A stretch of 32,000 nucleotides of DNA from Promethearchaeum syntrophicum (GCF_008000775.2 NZ_CP042905.2:720001-752000); one strand, 5' to 3'. Numbered from the stretch's first letter, positions 8,904-18,359 are shown. Notes: generated from the sequence alone by a model not told the origin. Program-made: numbers and translations.

Positions 8904-9716
8904 GTGATAAATTTGACTATAATATTTCATCTTGAAGAGCCAATTAAGAGAATTAACTTATTTAATTCTGTTTTTCAATATTTTTCTTTAAATTTGAATG
9001 GAATTAAAATCATTTTAGGCGAATTTGCTAAAGAAAATCAGATAAAAAATGAAAAACAATTTTTGGAAAAGGAGGATTTCTGGAATAAGAGTGAGAAAAA
9101 AGAAATTAAAAATTTTTTAGAAAAAGATCAGATTTCACGTCTTCAAGAATGGGTTCTAGCAAGATCTATGATTAAATATGGTATAGGTTATATGTTTAAA
9201 GATCAAATTAAAATTCCTTTTAACAACATCACAATTGAATCAGATAAAAGAAATAAACCCAAATTAAAAATTAAATCAAAAAATATTGAGAATAAAATTA
9301 AAAAGGAATGTGAAGAAATTGTAATTTCTATATCTCATTCTAATAAAATGATATATGTAGCTCTTACTTCAAATCAAATTGGAATTGATTGTGAGGATAT
9401 ACATTTATTCTCAGAAAAATTCAGAGAAAAATTTGTTAAAAATGATGAGTTCAATCAATTAAAATCAACAATGAATATCCAAATTTCTAATTCGCGAGAC
9501 ATATTCGATACAATAATTTGGTGTATTAAAGAATCAACTTTGAAAATAATCAGGGATGCTAAATTAGCAAATATTTCTCAGGTCAAAATAGAAATTAGGG
9601 ATCAAAAAATTATTTCATCTTATCCATCAATAAATTATGAATTTGTTAATTTCATTAACATAAAAAATGATTCAATATTAGTTTTAACATTTATAGAAAA
9701 TAAGGTGGCAATTTGA
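8904..9716 (+). CDS. Sfp-type 4'-phosphopantetheinyl transferase
   Basis: VILARSMIKYGIGYMF-like N-part, EIVISISHSNKMIYVALTSNQIGIDCED...IIWCIKESTLKIIR, i.e. the (I/V)G(I/V)D ... WxxKExxxK signature of PPTases. Confidence 0.82.
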   Translation: MINLTIIFHLEEPIKRINLFNSVFQYFSLNLNGIKIILGEFAKENQIKNEKQFLEKEDFWNKSEKKEIKNFLEKDQISRLQEWVLARSMIKYGIGYMFKDQIKIPFNNITIESDKRNKPKLKIKSKNIENKIKKECEEIVISISHSNKMIYVALTSNQIGIDCEDIHLFSEKFREKFVKNDEFNQLKSTMNIQISNSRDIFDTIIWCIKESTLKIIRDAKLANISQVKIEIRDQKIISSYPSINYEFVNFINIKNDSILVLTFIENKVAI

Positions 9717-10663
9717 TCCTCAAATCTCATTCAATTAAATTGAATAACGGAAATACTCTTTCGATAACAGAATACTTCACTAATGAGCCAAAAATTGAAG
9801 ATGAAATTGTTTTATTTTTAAATTCTTCCTTTTTTAATCAAGATCAATGGAGAAACGTTTTAAAATTGCTTCAATCGTTGAATTCTTCAAATAAATCCTT
9901 TAGATATTTTACATATGATTATGCTGGGATAGGAAAAAGTAATTATTCTGCAGAAAACATAAGTATTAATCAATTTATGATGGAAATTAATGCAATTGTA
10001 AATTGGCTAGGAAAGGATAAAATTCACATTTTCGGAACAAGCCTTGGTGCTTGGATTGGGCTTAATCTATGTGTTTCTAATCCAAAGATTATAAAATCTT
10101 TTGTTGGATATGGAAATTTAGCACCATATTTACCAAATTTTAAAGAACTTCGCTTGAAGAGGTTTAAATCAATAAAAACGTCATTTTCTTATATCGAATC
10201 TTTCATGGATAATTCTATTGAAAAATCAAATTGGGATGTTTTATTCCATCATTTTTACGTTCCAGTTTTCTTTCAACATTTGTTTGATTCAATTGGAAAT
10301 TCTAAATCTGTTGAAAATACAAAAAAAATATTATCAAAACTCCTATTTCCTATGGTTAAAGGAAATAAAATAGCTTTTATCCCCAAATATTATGAATATA
10401 TCATTGATACTATGATAAAAGAAGGACAATCATTATATTCACAACTTTCGAAAATTCCTAAAGATATACCGATTCTTTTTATGAATGGAAAGAAAGACTT
10501 AATTGCAGTGCCGAGTATGAGTGAAGATCTTCATAATAAAATACTTCACTCCAAATTAGTTCTTTTTGAAGATTTAGGGCATGGAAGTATCCTTCTTGGA
10601 AAAGGAAATAAAAAAATAATGGAAAAGTACATCCAATTTATTATTTACCATAATATAGAGTAA
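9713..10663 (+). CDS. Alpha/beta hydrolase fold protein
   Basis: YDYAGIGKSNYS, IFGTSLGAWIGL nucleophile elbow, IPILFMNGKKDLIAVP, FEDLGHGS. 4-bp overlap with PPTase. Confidence 0.87.
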   Translation: MILKSHSIKLNNGNTLSITEYFTNEPKIEDEIVLFLNSSFFNQDQWRNVLKLLQSLNSSNKSFRYFTYDYAGIGKSNYSAENISINQFMMEINAIVNWLGKDKIHIFGTSLGAWIGLNLCVSNPKIIKSFVGYGNLAPYLPNFKELRLKRFKSIKTSFSYIESFMDNSIEKSNWDVLFHHFYVPVFFQHLFDSIGNSKSVENTKKILSKLLFPMVKGNKIAFIPKYYEYIIDTMIKEGQSLYSQLSKIPKDIPILFMNGKKDLIAVPSMSEDLHNKILHSKLVLFEDLGHGSILLGKGNKKIMEKYIQFIIYHNIE

Positions 10664-11930
10664 CCCAATTTACAAGCCTTGACATGAATAGCATTCCATC
10701 CCAAGGTGAATCAAATAAGTGCATTTGCCCTAAATTAACACATCGTGAAACACCTCGAAAAGTAACTTCGTCAGCAAATTCTTCCAGCTTATTCTTATCG
10801 TCAATTGCGCATCCTATTGTTTGGATCTTTCGAGTGATTAAAGGAATTACCGCCATAATTGAATCTACTTCTTTTACAAATATTGTACGAGATTCAATTG
10901 GCTCTTCCAATTGGATTTGATCATTTGCCAATATTGTCCAATCGTTTTCAGTAGGACATATCACTTTTTTATCAAGATCTAATGCATATTGAGCACGTAT
11001 ATTGATTATTTTGGAAGTAATAAATTGATCAATATCTATTTTGGGAAATTGTTTTATTGCTCTATTAAATGCTTCTACAAGATCCTTAGTTATTTCCTCA
11101 ATATTTTTTAATCCTTTTTCAAAAAATACAACATGTGGAGAAGTACAAGCAGCTTGATCAAATAAAAAGATATCACTAACTAAAAAACGAAGATATCGAG
11201 TAAAATTTTTTGAAATTACTGCATCTTTATCAAATACAGCAAAGGAATACTTCGGACCAAAAATTATATCTTCACAATGAGCTTTTTTCGGTAATCCCGT
11301 AATGGATTTTACTGCAGAATCTCCCCCCCATACAATTCTAACGTCCGCAATTTCAGATAATTCAATATTTGCTTTAATATTAGATTTATTATAATAAATT
11401 ATGCCAACTGAAGTAAGTAGATTAGCTCCGCTTAATCCCGAATCAATAGTTGTTTCTGCAAAAACTTTTAAAAGAGCAACTATAGTTTTATGACTTTTTG
11501 GAGGTATTCTAAGAATGTTTGCATTTCCAACAAATATTGATTGAAAAAGCGAAAAAAGACCTAATGTTGGAACATTTCCAGCAATCCAATGACAAGCAAT
11601 TCCTCGAGGTTGTGCTTTAATCCGTTTTTTATCTCCTATAAAATTTTCTAAATAATCCAAATCTTTAAAGGACTTTTCAACAATTTGGATAAAATTGTTT
11701 CTTTTCAACCAACTGGATAAGAAAGCAATACCTTCAATTTTATTTACTTCGGTAGATTTGATCAAATTTTTACTGTATTCATGAAAAATATCCAAAATCT
11801 CATTTTTAGATATTTTTTTCAATAATTTAATACCTTCGTAAATGGATGGCAATAATGGAGATAATTTTTCTACTCGTTTGTATTCTGGAAAGTAGAATTT
11901 TCCATTAAAAATCGCTAAGTCTATCATCAT
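10641..11930 (-). CDS. luxC: LuxC-like acyl-CoA/acyl-protein reductase (aldehyde-forming)
   Basis: PRGIACHWIAGNVPTLGLFSLFQSIFVGNANILRIP, VWGGDSAVKSITGLPKKAHCEDIIFGPKYSFAVFD, DIFLFDQAACTSPHVVFFE, TFRGVSRCVNLGQMHLFDSPWDGM. Confidence 0.92.
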   Translation of the reverse strand: MMIDLAIFNGKFYFPEYKRVEKLSPLLPSIYEGIKLLKKISKNEILDIFHEYSKNLIKSTEVNKIEGIAFLSSWLKRNNFIQIVEKSFKDLDYLENFIGDKKRIKAQPRGIACHWIAGNVPTLGLFSLFQSIFVGNANILRIPPKSHKTIVALLKVFAETTIDSGLSGANLLTSVGIIYYNKSNIKANIELSEIADVRIVWGGDSAVKSITGLPKKAHCEDIIFGPKYSFAVFDKDAVISKNFTRYLRFLVSDIFLFDQAACTSPHVVFFEKGLKNIEEITKDLVEAFNRAIKQFPKIDIDQFITSKIINIRAQYALDLDKKVICPTENDWTILANDQIQLEEPIESRTIFVKEVDSIMAVIPLITRKIQTIGCAIDDKNKLEEFADEVTFRGVSRCVNLGQMHLFDSPWDGMLFMSRLVNWVTLYYGK

Positions 11931-13048
11931 TTATCTCCTCTTTTTTCGGCGAAAGTATCTCCACAACCTCGAGTTTCAGATTTTTCCACTCGGGAGCGAA
12001 ATTCAAAATATTTTCCTTTTCTTCCACAAGGACAATCATCAATTCCGATAATTTCACCGATATCTTCTGTTATAATAGCTTGACCGGGATAACTACTAGG
12101 GATTATATTAATAATTTCGATTAAACCAGGATCTCCGATTTGTTTTTCTTTCATAGAATAAATATCTCGAATAATAATATCCGCAAAATCCGGAACATGT
12201 TTGTGACCTGCTTCACAGTCTAGAAAAACAACACCCAATTGTTCCACCATACCATAAAAATCAATTATGTTTTCTGGTTTGGTTCCAAAGGTATCTGCAA
12301 CAGTCTCAGAAAAATATTGTTTTGTAACTGAATCTGCTTGTAATTTCTTCCATCCTCCGCTATGAACAAGTTTCATATTCGGAAAACTTAATTTTTTATT
12401 GACTTTTTTCATTTGATTAATAAAACGACTCCAAATTATATATGTAAAACCTGAAACAATTATCTCTTGATCTGCAAATTCTTCACAAAATGCGTTTAAC
12501 AATTTAAAATTTATAAATAATTCTCCGTCTTTTTCATCCATTACATAAACTTTTTTCCTACCAAAATTCCCTGCAATCCCTCTGATAGCAGCACCCCGAG
12601 CTGTCAAAGTTGTTGCACTTGCTTTATTTACATTTTCCGTATCTAAAATTAATGCTGGTCGACGACTTCCACCTAAGAAGTTTTTTAAAGTAGAGATTAA
12701 TGCTCGTGTTTGTCTAAACGATGTTTCTTTATTTATATAGATTTTACTCGGAATGCTATTTGTAGTTCCACTTGAGTGAAGAGTTCTTATTATTTTTTCA
12801 TCAGCACATGTTTTTAACTCAAAATTTTTAAACATTGATACCGGAATTGATGGAATCTCAGAAACGGATTCATAATCATCTGGATTTTTTCCCATAGTTA
12901 AATAAAATTTTTTTAAATTGGGTGAAAATTCCATATTATTTATGATCTGGGCTTTTAAGATAGGAAGTAGCAATTTATCTTTACTTGATTGAAGTAACTT
13001 GAATTGATCTTGAACAATTAGATCCTTTATTCTTGCTTTAATATCCAT
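11927..13048 (-). CDS. luxE: LuxE-like acyl-protein synthetase
   Basis: IPSIPVSMFKNFEL, IIRTLHSSGTTNSIPSKIYINKET, MVHSGGWKKLQADSVTKQYFSETVADTFG...NIIDFYGMVEQLGVVFLDCEAGHKHVPDFADIIIRD, DECPCGRKGKYFEFRSRVEKSETRGCGD. 4-bp overlap with luxC-like start. Confidence 0.92.
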   Translation of the reverse strand: MDIKARIKDLIVQDQFKLLQSSKDKLLLPILKAQIINNMEFSPNLKKFYLTMGKNPDDYESVSEIPSIPVSMFKNFELKTCADEKIIRTLHSSGTTNSIPSKIYINKETSFRQTRALISTLKNFLGGSRRPALILDTENVNKASATTLTARGAAIRGIAGNFGRKKVYVMDEKDGELFINFKLLNAFCEEFADQEIIVSGFTYIIWSRFINQMKKVNKKLSFPNMKLVHSGGWKKLQADSVTKQYFSETVADTFGTKPENIIDFYGMVEQLGVVFLDCEAGHKHVPDFADIIIRDIYSMKEKQIGDPGLIEIINIIPSSYPGQAIITEDIGEIIGIDDCPCGRKGKYFEFRSRVEKSETRGCGDTFAEKRGDK

Positions 13049-14109
13049 TCTATCAATCCTAGTAATTTTTCTTTTTTAAACCGAATTGGGGAGGTGGATA
13101 TCGAAGGATCTTGAAGTGCCGTTTCTGCCCATTTTTCTTTATTTAATGCTTTTAATACTGATGGATCACTATATTGCTGAAATCCAATACTATCGAATAA
13201 TTCAAGATATTGTTTGTAAATTGGTTTATCAGTTTCCTTATAATACCATAAAAGGATTGGCTTAATGAGTAGTAAAATGGATGCTGCATGGGATATTGAT
13301 ATTTGATGTTCCATAGTATGAGCTAAAGCATGACAAACACCTACATACGCATTTCCTTGAACTTTCCCTGCAAGATAACCAGCATATTGGATATCAGCAT
13401 AAGCTTTAGGATCATCATTTTTTTCTTTCAATTTATCAAAACCACTTTTCAGAAGGTTTAAACTGCTTTCTCCTATGCTTTTCAGCAAAGGGGTGTTCAT
13501 CATTGAAACAGATCCTTCAAATGCATGGGAAAAAATATCTGCACCGAATTCATATAATGATTTAATTGGCAAAGAACTTAAGAAATTCGGATCTAAGATA
13601 GCTAAATCTGGAATAAAACCATGATTTAGATATGGATGTTTATGACCTTCTTTATCATATATTACTGCCACTGCTGTAGATTCAGATCCGGTACCTGGAG
13701 TCGTTGGAATTGCAACTAATTTAACTGAATTTAAATCAAGGAACTGTTGATCATGAAAATCATCAAAATTTATTTCGGGATAAGATAAAAAAACGCGTAA
13801 TATTTTTGCTGGATCAATAACGGACCCTCCTCCAATAGCAACAATTACTTCTGGTTTATTTGAAAGATATTTATCTCGTAATTTCAAAATTTCATCTTGA
13901 TTTAAGAATTGTACAATTTCAGTTTGAACTGATTTTTCTTGTGTATATTTTTCAATTTTAGAATAATAATCTGAATTTTTAATAGGTTCTGCTATAAGTA
14001 CCAAAAATTTTGAATAATCAATACTTTTAAGGCAAGCAATTGCTCCTTTTTTATAGTAAACTTCTGGGGTGTTCCATAAACGTTTTACCATTAACTTCTT
14101 CTTTATCAT
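13027..14109 (-). CDS. Iron-containing (group III) alcohol dehydrogenase
   Basis: VIVAIGGGSVIDPAK, AIPTTPGTGSESTAVAV, metal-site regions FGADIFSHAFEG and GVCHALAHTMEHQISISHA. Confidence 0.92.
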   Translation of the reverse strand: MIKKKLMVKRLWNTPEVYYKKGAIACLKSIDYSKFLVLIAEPIKNSDYYSKIEKYTQEKSVQTEIVQFLNQDEILKLRDKYLSNKPEVIVAIGGGSVIDPAKILRVFLSYPEINFDDFHDQQFLDLNSVKLVAIPTTPGTGSESTAVAVIYDKEGHKHPYLNHGFIPDLAILDPNFLSSLPIKSLYEFGADIFSHAFEGSVSMMNTPLLKSIGESSLNLLKSGFDKLKEKNDDPKAYADIQYAGYLAGKVQGNAYVGVCHALAHTMEHQISISHAASILLLIKPILLWYYKETDKPIYKQYLELFDSIGFQQYSDPSVLKALNKEKWAETALQDPSISTSPIRFKKEKLLGLIEWILKQE

Positions 14110-14110
14110 T

Positions 14111-15622
14111 TTAATTACCTTTTTTTTCTTTATGCATTTGTTTTAATTTAACTCTATCGAGTTTATTAGAATTATTCTTGGGTAATGAATTTAAAAATTC
14201 ATATTCTTTTGGAATTTTATGATTTGGAAAATGATTTTTACAATATGAAATAATCATCTTTTCTGTAAGTTTTGAATTTTCAACAAGTGAGATATATGCC
14301 TTCATTGCTTCTCCCAAAATATCATCAGATATTCCTATAATGCCGACTTCAACTACATCATCTAATTGTGTGATATAATCTTCCACTTCTTTAGGACTAA
14401 CTCGAAAGCCTCCAATCTTTAGAATATTTTTCTCGCGATCAGTTAAGAAGATGTATCCTTCTTCATCAACTGTTCCAATATCGCCAGTATAGAGTTTTCC
14501 ATTTTTAAAGGTTTTTACAGTTGTTTCTGGATCTTTCCAATATCCTAATGTAATATTATCTCCCGAAGCTACCAATTCCCCAGTTTCTCCATATTTGATT
14601 GGTTTTCCTTCTTTATTAAGTACTTCTAGAATAGTATTAGGGATTCCCTTTCCGATTGAACCCAACTTTGTATCTAAAAGATTGGGGGGAAGATATGATA
14701 GACGAGCCGTCGCTTCAGTCTGACCATACATGATGAAAATTTGAGTATTTGGTAAGATTTCTCGTAATTCCGATATGAAAGTATTAGCTAATTTTCCTCC
14801 AGCTTGCTGAATTAATCGTAAAGTGGGAAAAGTCATCTTCTTAAAAGGGGATCTTCTAAGTAAAATTTGATATGTGCTTGGCACACCTGCAAATACTGTG
14901 CATTTTTTTTCATTAATTTCTTTTAATACTTTCCCAGGAAACATGAATCTATTATTTAAAACAATCTGACCTCCAACTCTTAAATGAGTGTGAAGTAAAG
15001 ACGTTCCAAAACAATATGAAAAGGGAAGAACAACCATAACGCGATCATTTTGATTTAATTGAAGGTATTCTATAATCGAATTAGAGTTATGAATTATATT
15101 TAAATGAGATTGCATAACACCTTTCGGTATCCCTGTAGAACCTGAAGTAAAAATAATTACAGCTAATTTTGCTTTTTCATTTATAGGTTTAATTATTCCC
15201 TTTTCATTTTTTAGATCAAAAACGGTAATAGCATCTTCTAAATTATCATCTGTAAAAAGAATTTTTGTTGAAATTCCATATTTTTCAAATTTTTTTACAT
15301 ATTTCTTTTGTATGAAAAAACAAGAAACATTGCATGAATCTATAACATATTTAAAATTTTGCTCACCGAACTGATTATGCAAAGGAACTGCAACTCTTCC
15401 GCTTGCAATTATACCAAAATAAGCAGCAATAAAAAAAAGAGAATTATCTGAAACAATCATAATTTTCTCATCAAGACTTAATTGAAAATCATCTAATTTC
15501 TTACTAATTTTTAAAATAAGAGAATATAATTCAGAAAACGAATATTTTTCATCTCCTTGAAAAATTGCATATTTATTATTTAAATTCTTTGAATTTTCAA
15601 AGATATATTGTGTCAGATTCAT
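14111..15622 (-). CDS. AMP-dependent acyl-CoA/acyl-ACP ligase (adenylate-forming)
   Basis: AVIIFTSGSTGIPKGVMQSH, FIMYGQTEATARLSYLPP, GELVASGDNITLGYWKDPETT, GKLYTGDIGTVDEEGYIFLTDREKNILKIGGFRVSPKEVE. Confidence 0.94.
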   Translation of the reverse strand: MNLTQYIFENSKNLNNKYAIFQGDEKYSFSELYSLILKISKKLDDFQLSLDEKIMIVSDNSLFFIAAYFGIIASGRVAVPLHNQFGEQNFKYVIDSCNVSCFFIQKKYVKKFEKYGISTKILFTDDNLEDAITVFDLKNEKGIIKPINEKAKLAVIIFTSGSTGIPKGVMQSHLNIIHNSNSIIEYLQLNQNDRVMVVLPFSYCFGTSLLHTHLRVGGQIVLNNRFMFPGKVLKEINEKKCTVFAGVPSTYQILLRRSPFKKMTFPTLRLIQQAGGKLANTFISELREILPNTQIFIMYGQTEATARLSYLPPNLLDTKLGSIGKGIPNTILEVLNKEGKPIKYGETGELVASGDNITLGYWKDPETTVKTFKNGKLYTGDIGTVDEEGYIFLTDREKNILKIGGFRVSPKEVEDYITQLDDVVEVGIIGISDDILGEAMKAYISLVENSKLTEKMIISYCKNHFPNHKIPKEYEFLNSLPKNNSNKLDRVKLKQMHKEKKGN

Positions 15623-15625
15623 TCT

Positions 15626-15865
15626 TCAAACTTCAATACCATGATTTTTTAAGGTTTCTTTAATTGCACCAATTGAATCCATTTCTGTTATTTCTTCAAC
15701 ATCCAATTCTAAACCAAATTTTTCTTCAAATCTTGCCATTAAATCCATGTGTGAGATTGATGTCCAACTTTCTATGTCATCAGGTGTTGCATCATCGGTT
15801 ATTTCTTCACTTTTAATGTTAAATACTTCTAATAACATATTAATTAGCTGTTCAGATTGATTCAT
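15626..15865 (-). CDS. Acyl carrier protein
   Basis: 79 aa: LLEVFNIKSEEITDDATPDDIESWTSISHMDLMARFEEKFGLELDVEEITEMDSIGAIKETL; ACP fold with Ser in WTSISHMDL at the carrier Ser position. Confidence 0.88.
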   Translation of the reverse strand: MNQSEQLINMLLEVFNIKSEEITDDATPDDIESWTSISHMDLMARFEEKFGLELDVEEITEMDSIGAIKETLKNHGIEV

Positions 15866-15883
15866 ACTTTATAATACCATTCT

Positions 15884-17212
15884 TTAATTTTTAATTTTCT
15901 CTTTTATTTTTCTAATAGATCTATTAAAATATATAATAGTTATTCCGTACCAAATAATTAAAACTATAATACCTAGTATCCCACTATAAAGCCAGTTCAA
16001 TGGTTGCTTTACAATGAAAATATCAAGAATATAAACTAAAATTAGTCCAATAATCATTAATACTGTCATAATAATCGTAATTCCAAAGATCCTTGGATAT
16101 TTTTTAATAATGATGTAATATAAAACACCACCTATTGCGAAAACCGAAAAACTTAAGGCGTAATTTGGAACTTCTATTGGTAATATCCATTGAATTGCGA
16201 TTATTGCATAAATTCCAGAGATACCAGATAAAGCCATAATATTATTAACCAAATCCTTTTCCTTCAGTTTTCCATTAGCTAAAATTAAACGCGGTAATGT
16301 TAACGATGAACCATGTTCAAGCGAAGCATGGATAAAATCTTCATCATCTATGAAAATATCTTTTATTTTAACTGAATGACTTTCTTTAAATCCATGTTCT
16401 GATGCTATAACATAAAAGCTATTGAAAATATGGGGTAGCATAACTAATATCATTGCAACTTCTAAAGATCCCAATATACCAAGCATTGCAATTGCTGCAC
16501 CAATCGTTAAGGTTCCAACATCTCCTGGAAAAACTTTAGCGGGGAATCTATTAAAGAAATAAAACGCTAACCCTGCACCTAAAATAATCGCCCCAAATAA
16601 AACCCCTTCACTCGATTTTATCATAATTGCAGCAATAATCATAAAAAATGTCGCTATACTGGTAGTACCTGATCCTTCACCGTTGTAACCTTCAAGCATA
16701 TTAACTGTATTGGTAAGAATTAAAACAATGAACGGTAAGACAAAAGGATAGATAAGATTGAGTCTAAGTTGCCCTAAAATAGGTAATACTGGGCTGTTTA
16801 CACTGATCCACCCAATAATTGGAAGGTTAAAGATAAAAACGGGTAAACCTGAGATAATTAATAAAATTATTTTCTTTTTAGGAGAAAATTGTTTTCGATC
16901 GTCAATAAATCCAATCACTCCCGCAAAAATTATTGTTATTATGAACACTATCACCTCCATCCATAATTCGGAATAGAAAATTCCAATTATAATAGATCCT
17001 ATAATTAATGCAATTGCAATTCCAATCCCGCCCGACTCAGGTGTCGCCGTTCGAGATTTTTTATGGATATCATATCCGATCCATCCCTTTTTTTTAATCC
17101 ATTTTATCAAGGGAGGATATAAAAAATACGCAAATAAGAAGACAATTAAGCCTATGGAAAATATGATTATTCCATCAATCCAAGTTAAATTAAGGTCAGA
17201 GAATGTAAACAA
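15884..17212 (-). CDS. MraY/WecA/Alg7-like polyprenyl-phosphate sugar-1-phosphate transferase (multi-pass membrane)
   Basis: ATPESGGIGIAIALIIGSI, GVIGFIDDRKQFSPKKK, NTVNMLEGYNGEGSG, NRFPAKVFPGDVGTLTIGA; about 10 hydrophobic segments. Confidence 0.88.
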   Translation of the reverse strand: MFTFSDLNLTWIDGIIIFSIGLIVFLFAYFLYPPLIKWIKKKGWIGYDIHKKSRTATPESGGIGIAIALIIGSIIIGIFYSELWMEVIVFIITIIFAGVIGFIDDRKQFSPKKKIILLIISGLPVFIFNLPIIGWISVNSPVLPILGQLRLNLIYPFVLPFIVLILTNTVNMLEGYNGEGSGTTSIATFFMIIAAIMIKSSEGVLFGAIILGAGLAFYFFNRFPAKVFPGDVGTLTIGAAIAMLGILGSLEVAMILVMLPHIFNSFYVIASEHGFKESHSVKIKDIFIDDEDFIHASLEHGSSLTLPRLILANGKLKEKDLVNNIMALSGISGIYAIIAIQWILPIEVPNYALSFSVFAIGGVLYYIIIKKYPRIFGITIIMTVLMIIGLILVYILDIFIVKQPLNWLYSGILGIIVLIIWYGITIIYFNRSIRKIKEKIKN

Positions 17213-17396
17213 TTATATATCACTATGAGGGTTAGGTAGGTAAATGATTTGAATTTATTTATACAATTTCAATTATATTGGGAACTTTACAAATATGTTC
17301 TTTAAATTAATTTCTAAAAACTTTACCCTTTTGCCCTAAAAAGTAAATTCTTAAATAGACGTGCTTTCTAAAGGGAGATAGAAGGGGGGATACCTT

Positions 17397-17600
17397 TTGT
17401 CTAAATTATTTAAGAAAAATAAAACAAAATTTTCAAAGAAAAATAACAAATTTTCGTCGAATTCATCAAATTTCTTTAATGAAATTCAGAAAGCTATCGA
17501 ATATAGAGATGAAAAAGTATATAGGAAATTATCTATAGAGTTTTCAAAGATTTGGTTAAATAAATTTTCTAAAGATTTAAATTTGATTGAGAAAATCTAA
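17397..17600 (+). CDS. Possible small basic protein (67 aa, TTG start)
   Basis: TTG start 6 nt after GGGGGGA; Lys/Ser/Asn-rich translation; last 24 bp overlap the convergent hydrolase. Confidence 0.35.
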   Translation: MSKLFKKNKTKFSKKNNKFSSNSSNFFNEIQKAIEYRDEKVYRKLSIEFSKIWLNKFSKDLNLIEKI

Positions 17601-18359
17601 AACTAATTTATTAAATTCTTCAGGTTTTTCCATTGGAACCGCATGATGAGAATTTTTTATAATCGCTATTTTACAATTAGGTATTTTTTTTACATATTCT
17701 TCTTTTGCTTCAACTGGCGTATAATCTCCATCAGATGCAATCACAATAGTTGGACATTTTATTTTGTGAAGTTCTTCTTCTACTGACCAATTTTTTAGAG
17801 AATTCATAGCTAATAAATAAGATTTCTTATCATTTTCTGCCCAATGGATAGCAACTTTTTTTCTTAATTCTTCTTGTGTAGGAAAAGGAAAAAGCCTTGG
17901 TGCAAGAAATTCTCCCATTTTTTTCATTCCTAAGAGTTTTACTATTAGTGTTCTTATAAAGAACTGTTTTCTTTCTCCAAATGTCTTTACAGAGAGTTTA
18001 ACTGACATGTTAACTGCAATCAAACTTTTTACAAGATCTGGATAGTTGATTGCTAATTCAAACCCAGTTGCTGTTCCCATTGAAAGACCTAAAATATTTG
18101 TATGCTTTATATTTAAAGCTTCAAGGAACATAGCAACATCATCCGCGAATCCCCGAATTGAATAAGGTCCATTAGCTTTACTCGTTTTTCCATGACCTCT
18201 AAGATCGATGGTAATGACTTTATACTGTTTAGAAAGTTGAGGAATTTGATATTCCCAATCTTGAGTACTCGAGCCCAAACCATGAATTAACAATAAAGGT
18301 TCTCCATTTCCATGAATCTCATAAAAGATATTAATATCATTTATTTTCATTGTCGGCAT
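17577..18359 (-). CDS. Alpha/beta hydrolase fold protein
   Basis: LLLIHGLGSSTQDWEYQIPQLSKQYKVITIDLRGHGKTSK, ILGLSMGTATGFELA, PTIVIASDGDYTPVE, NSHHAVPMEKPEEFN. Confidence 0.93.
   Translation of the reverse strand: MPTMKINDINIFYEIHGNGEPLLLIHGLGSSTQDWEYQIPQLSKQYKVITIDLRGHGKTSKANGPYSIRGFADDVAMFLEALNIKHTNILGLSMGTATGFELAINYPDLVKSLIAVNMSVKLSVKTFGERKQFFIRTLIVKLLGMKKMGEFLAPRLFPFPTQEELRKKVAIHWAENDKKSYLLAMNSLKNWSVEEELHKIKCPTIVIASDGDYTPVEAKEEYVKKIPNCKIAIIKNSHHAVPMEKPEEFNKLVLDFLNQI

Noticed and set aside
10684-10920. Plus ORF 10684..10920
   Set aside because: Antisense to LuxC C-terminus.
10641-13048. Possible bioluminescence (lux) operon
   Set aside because: LuxC and LuxE homologues are present but there is no luxA/luxB luciferase; presence of ACP, ligase and Fe-ADH favours another pathway.
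16758-16976. Plus ORF 16758..16976
   Set aside because: Antisense to the membrane transferase.
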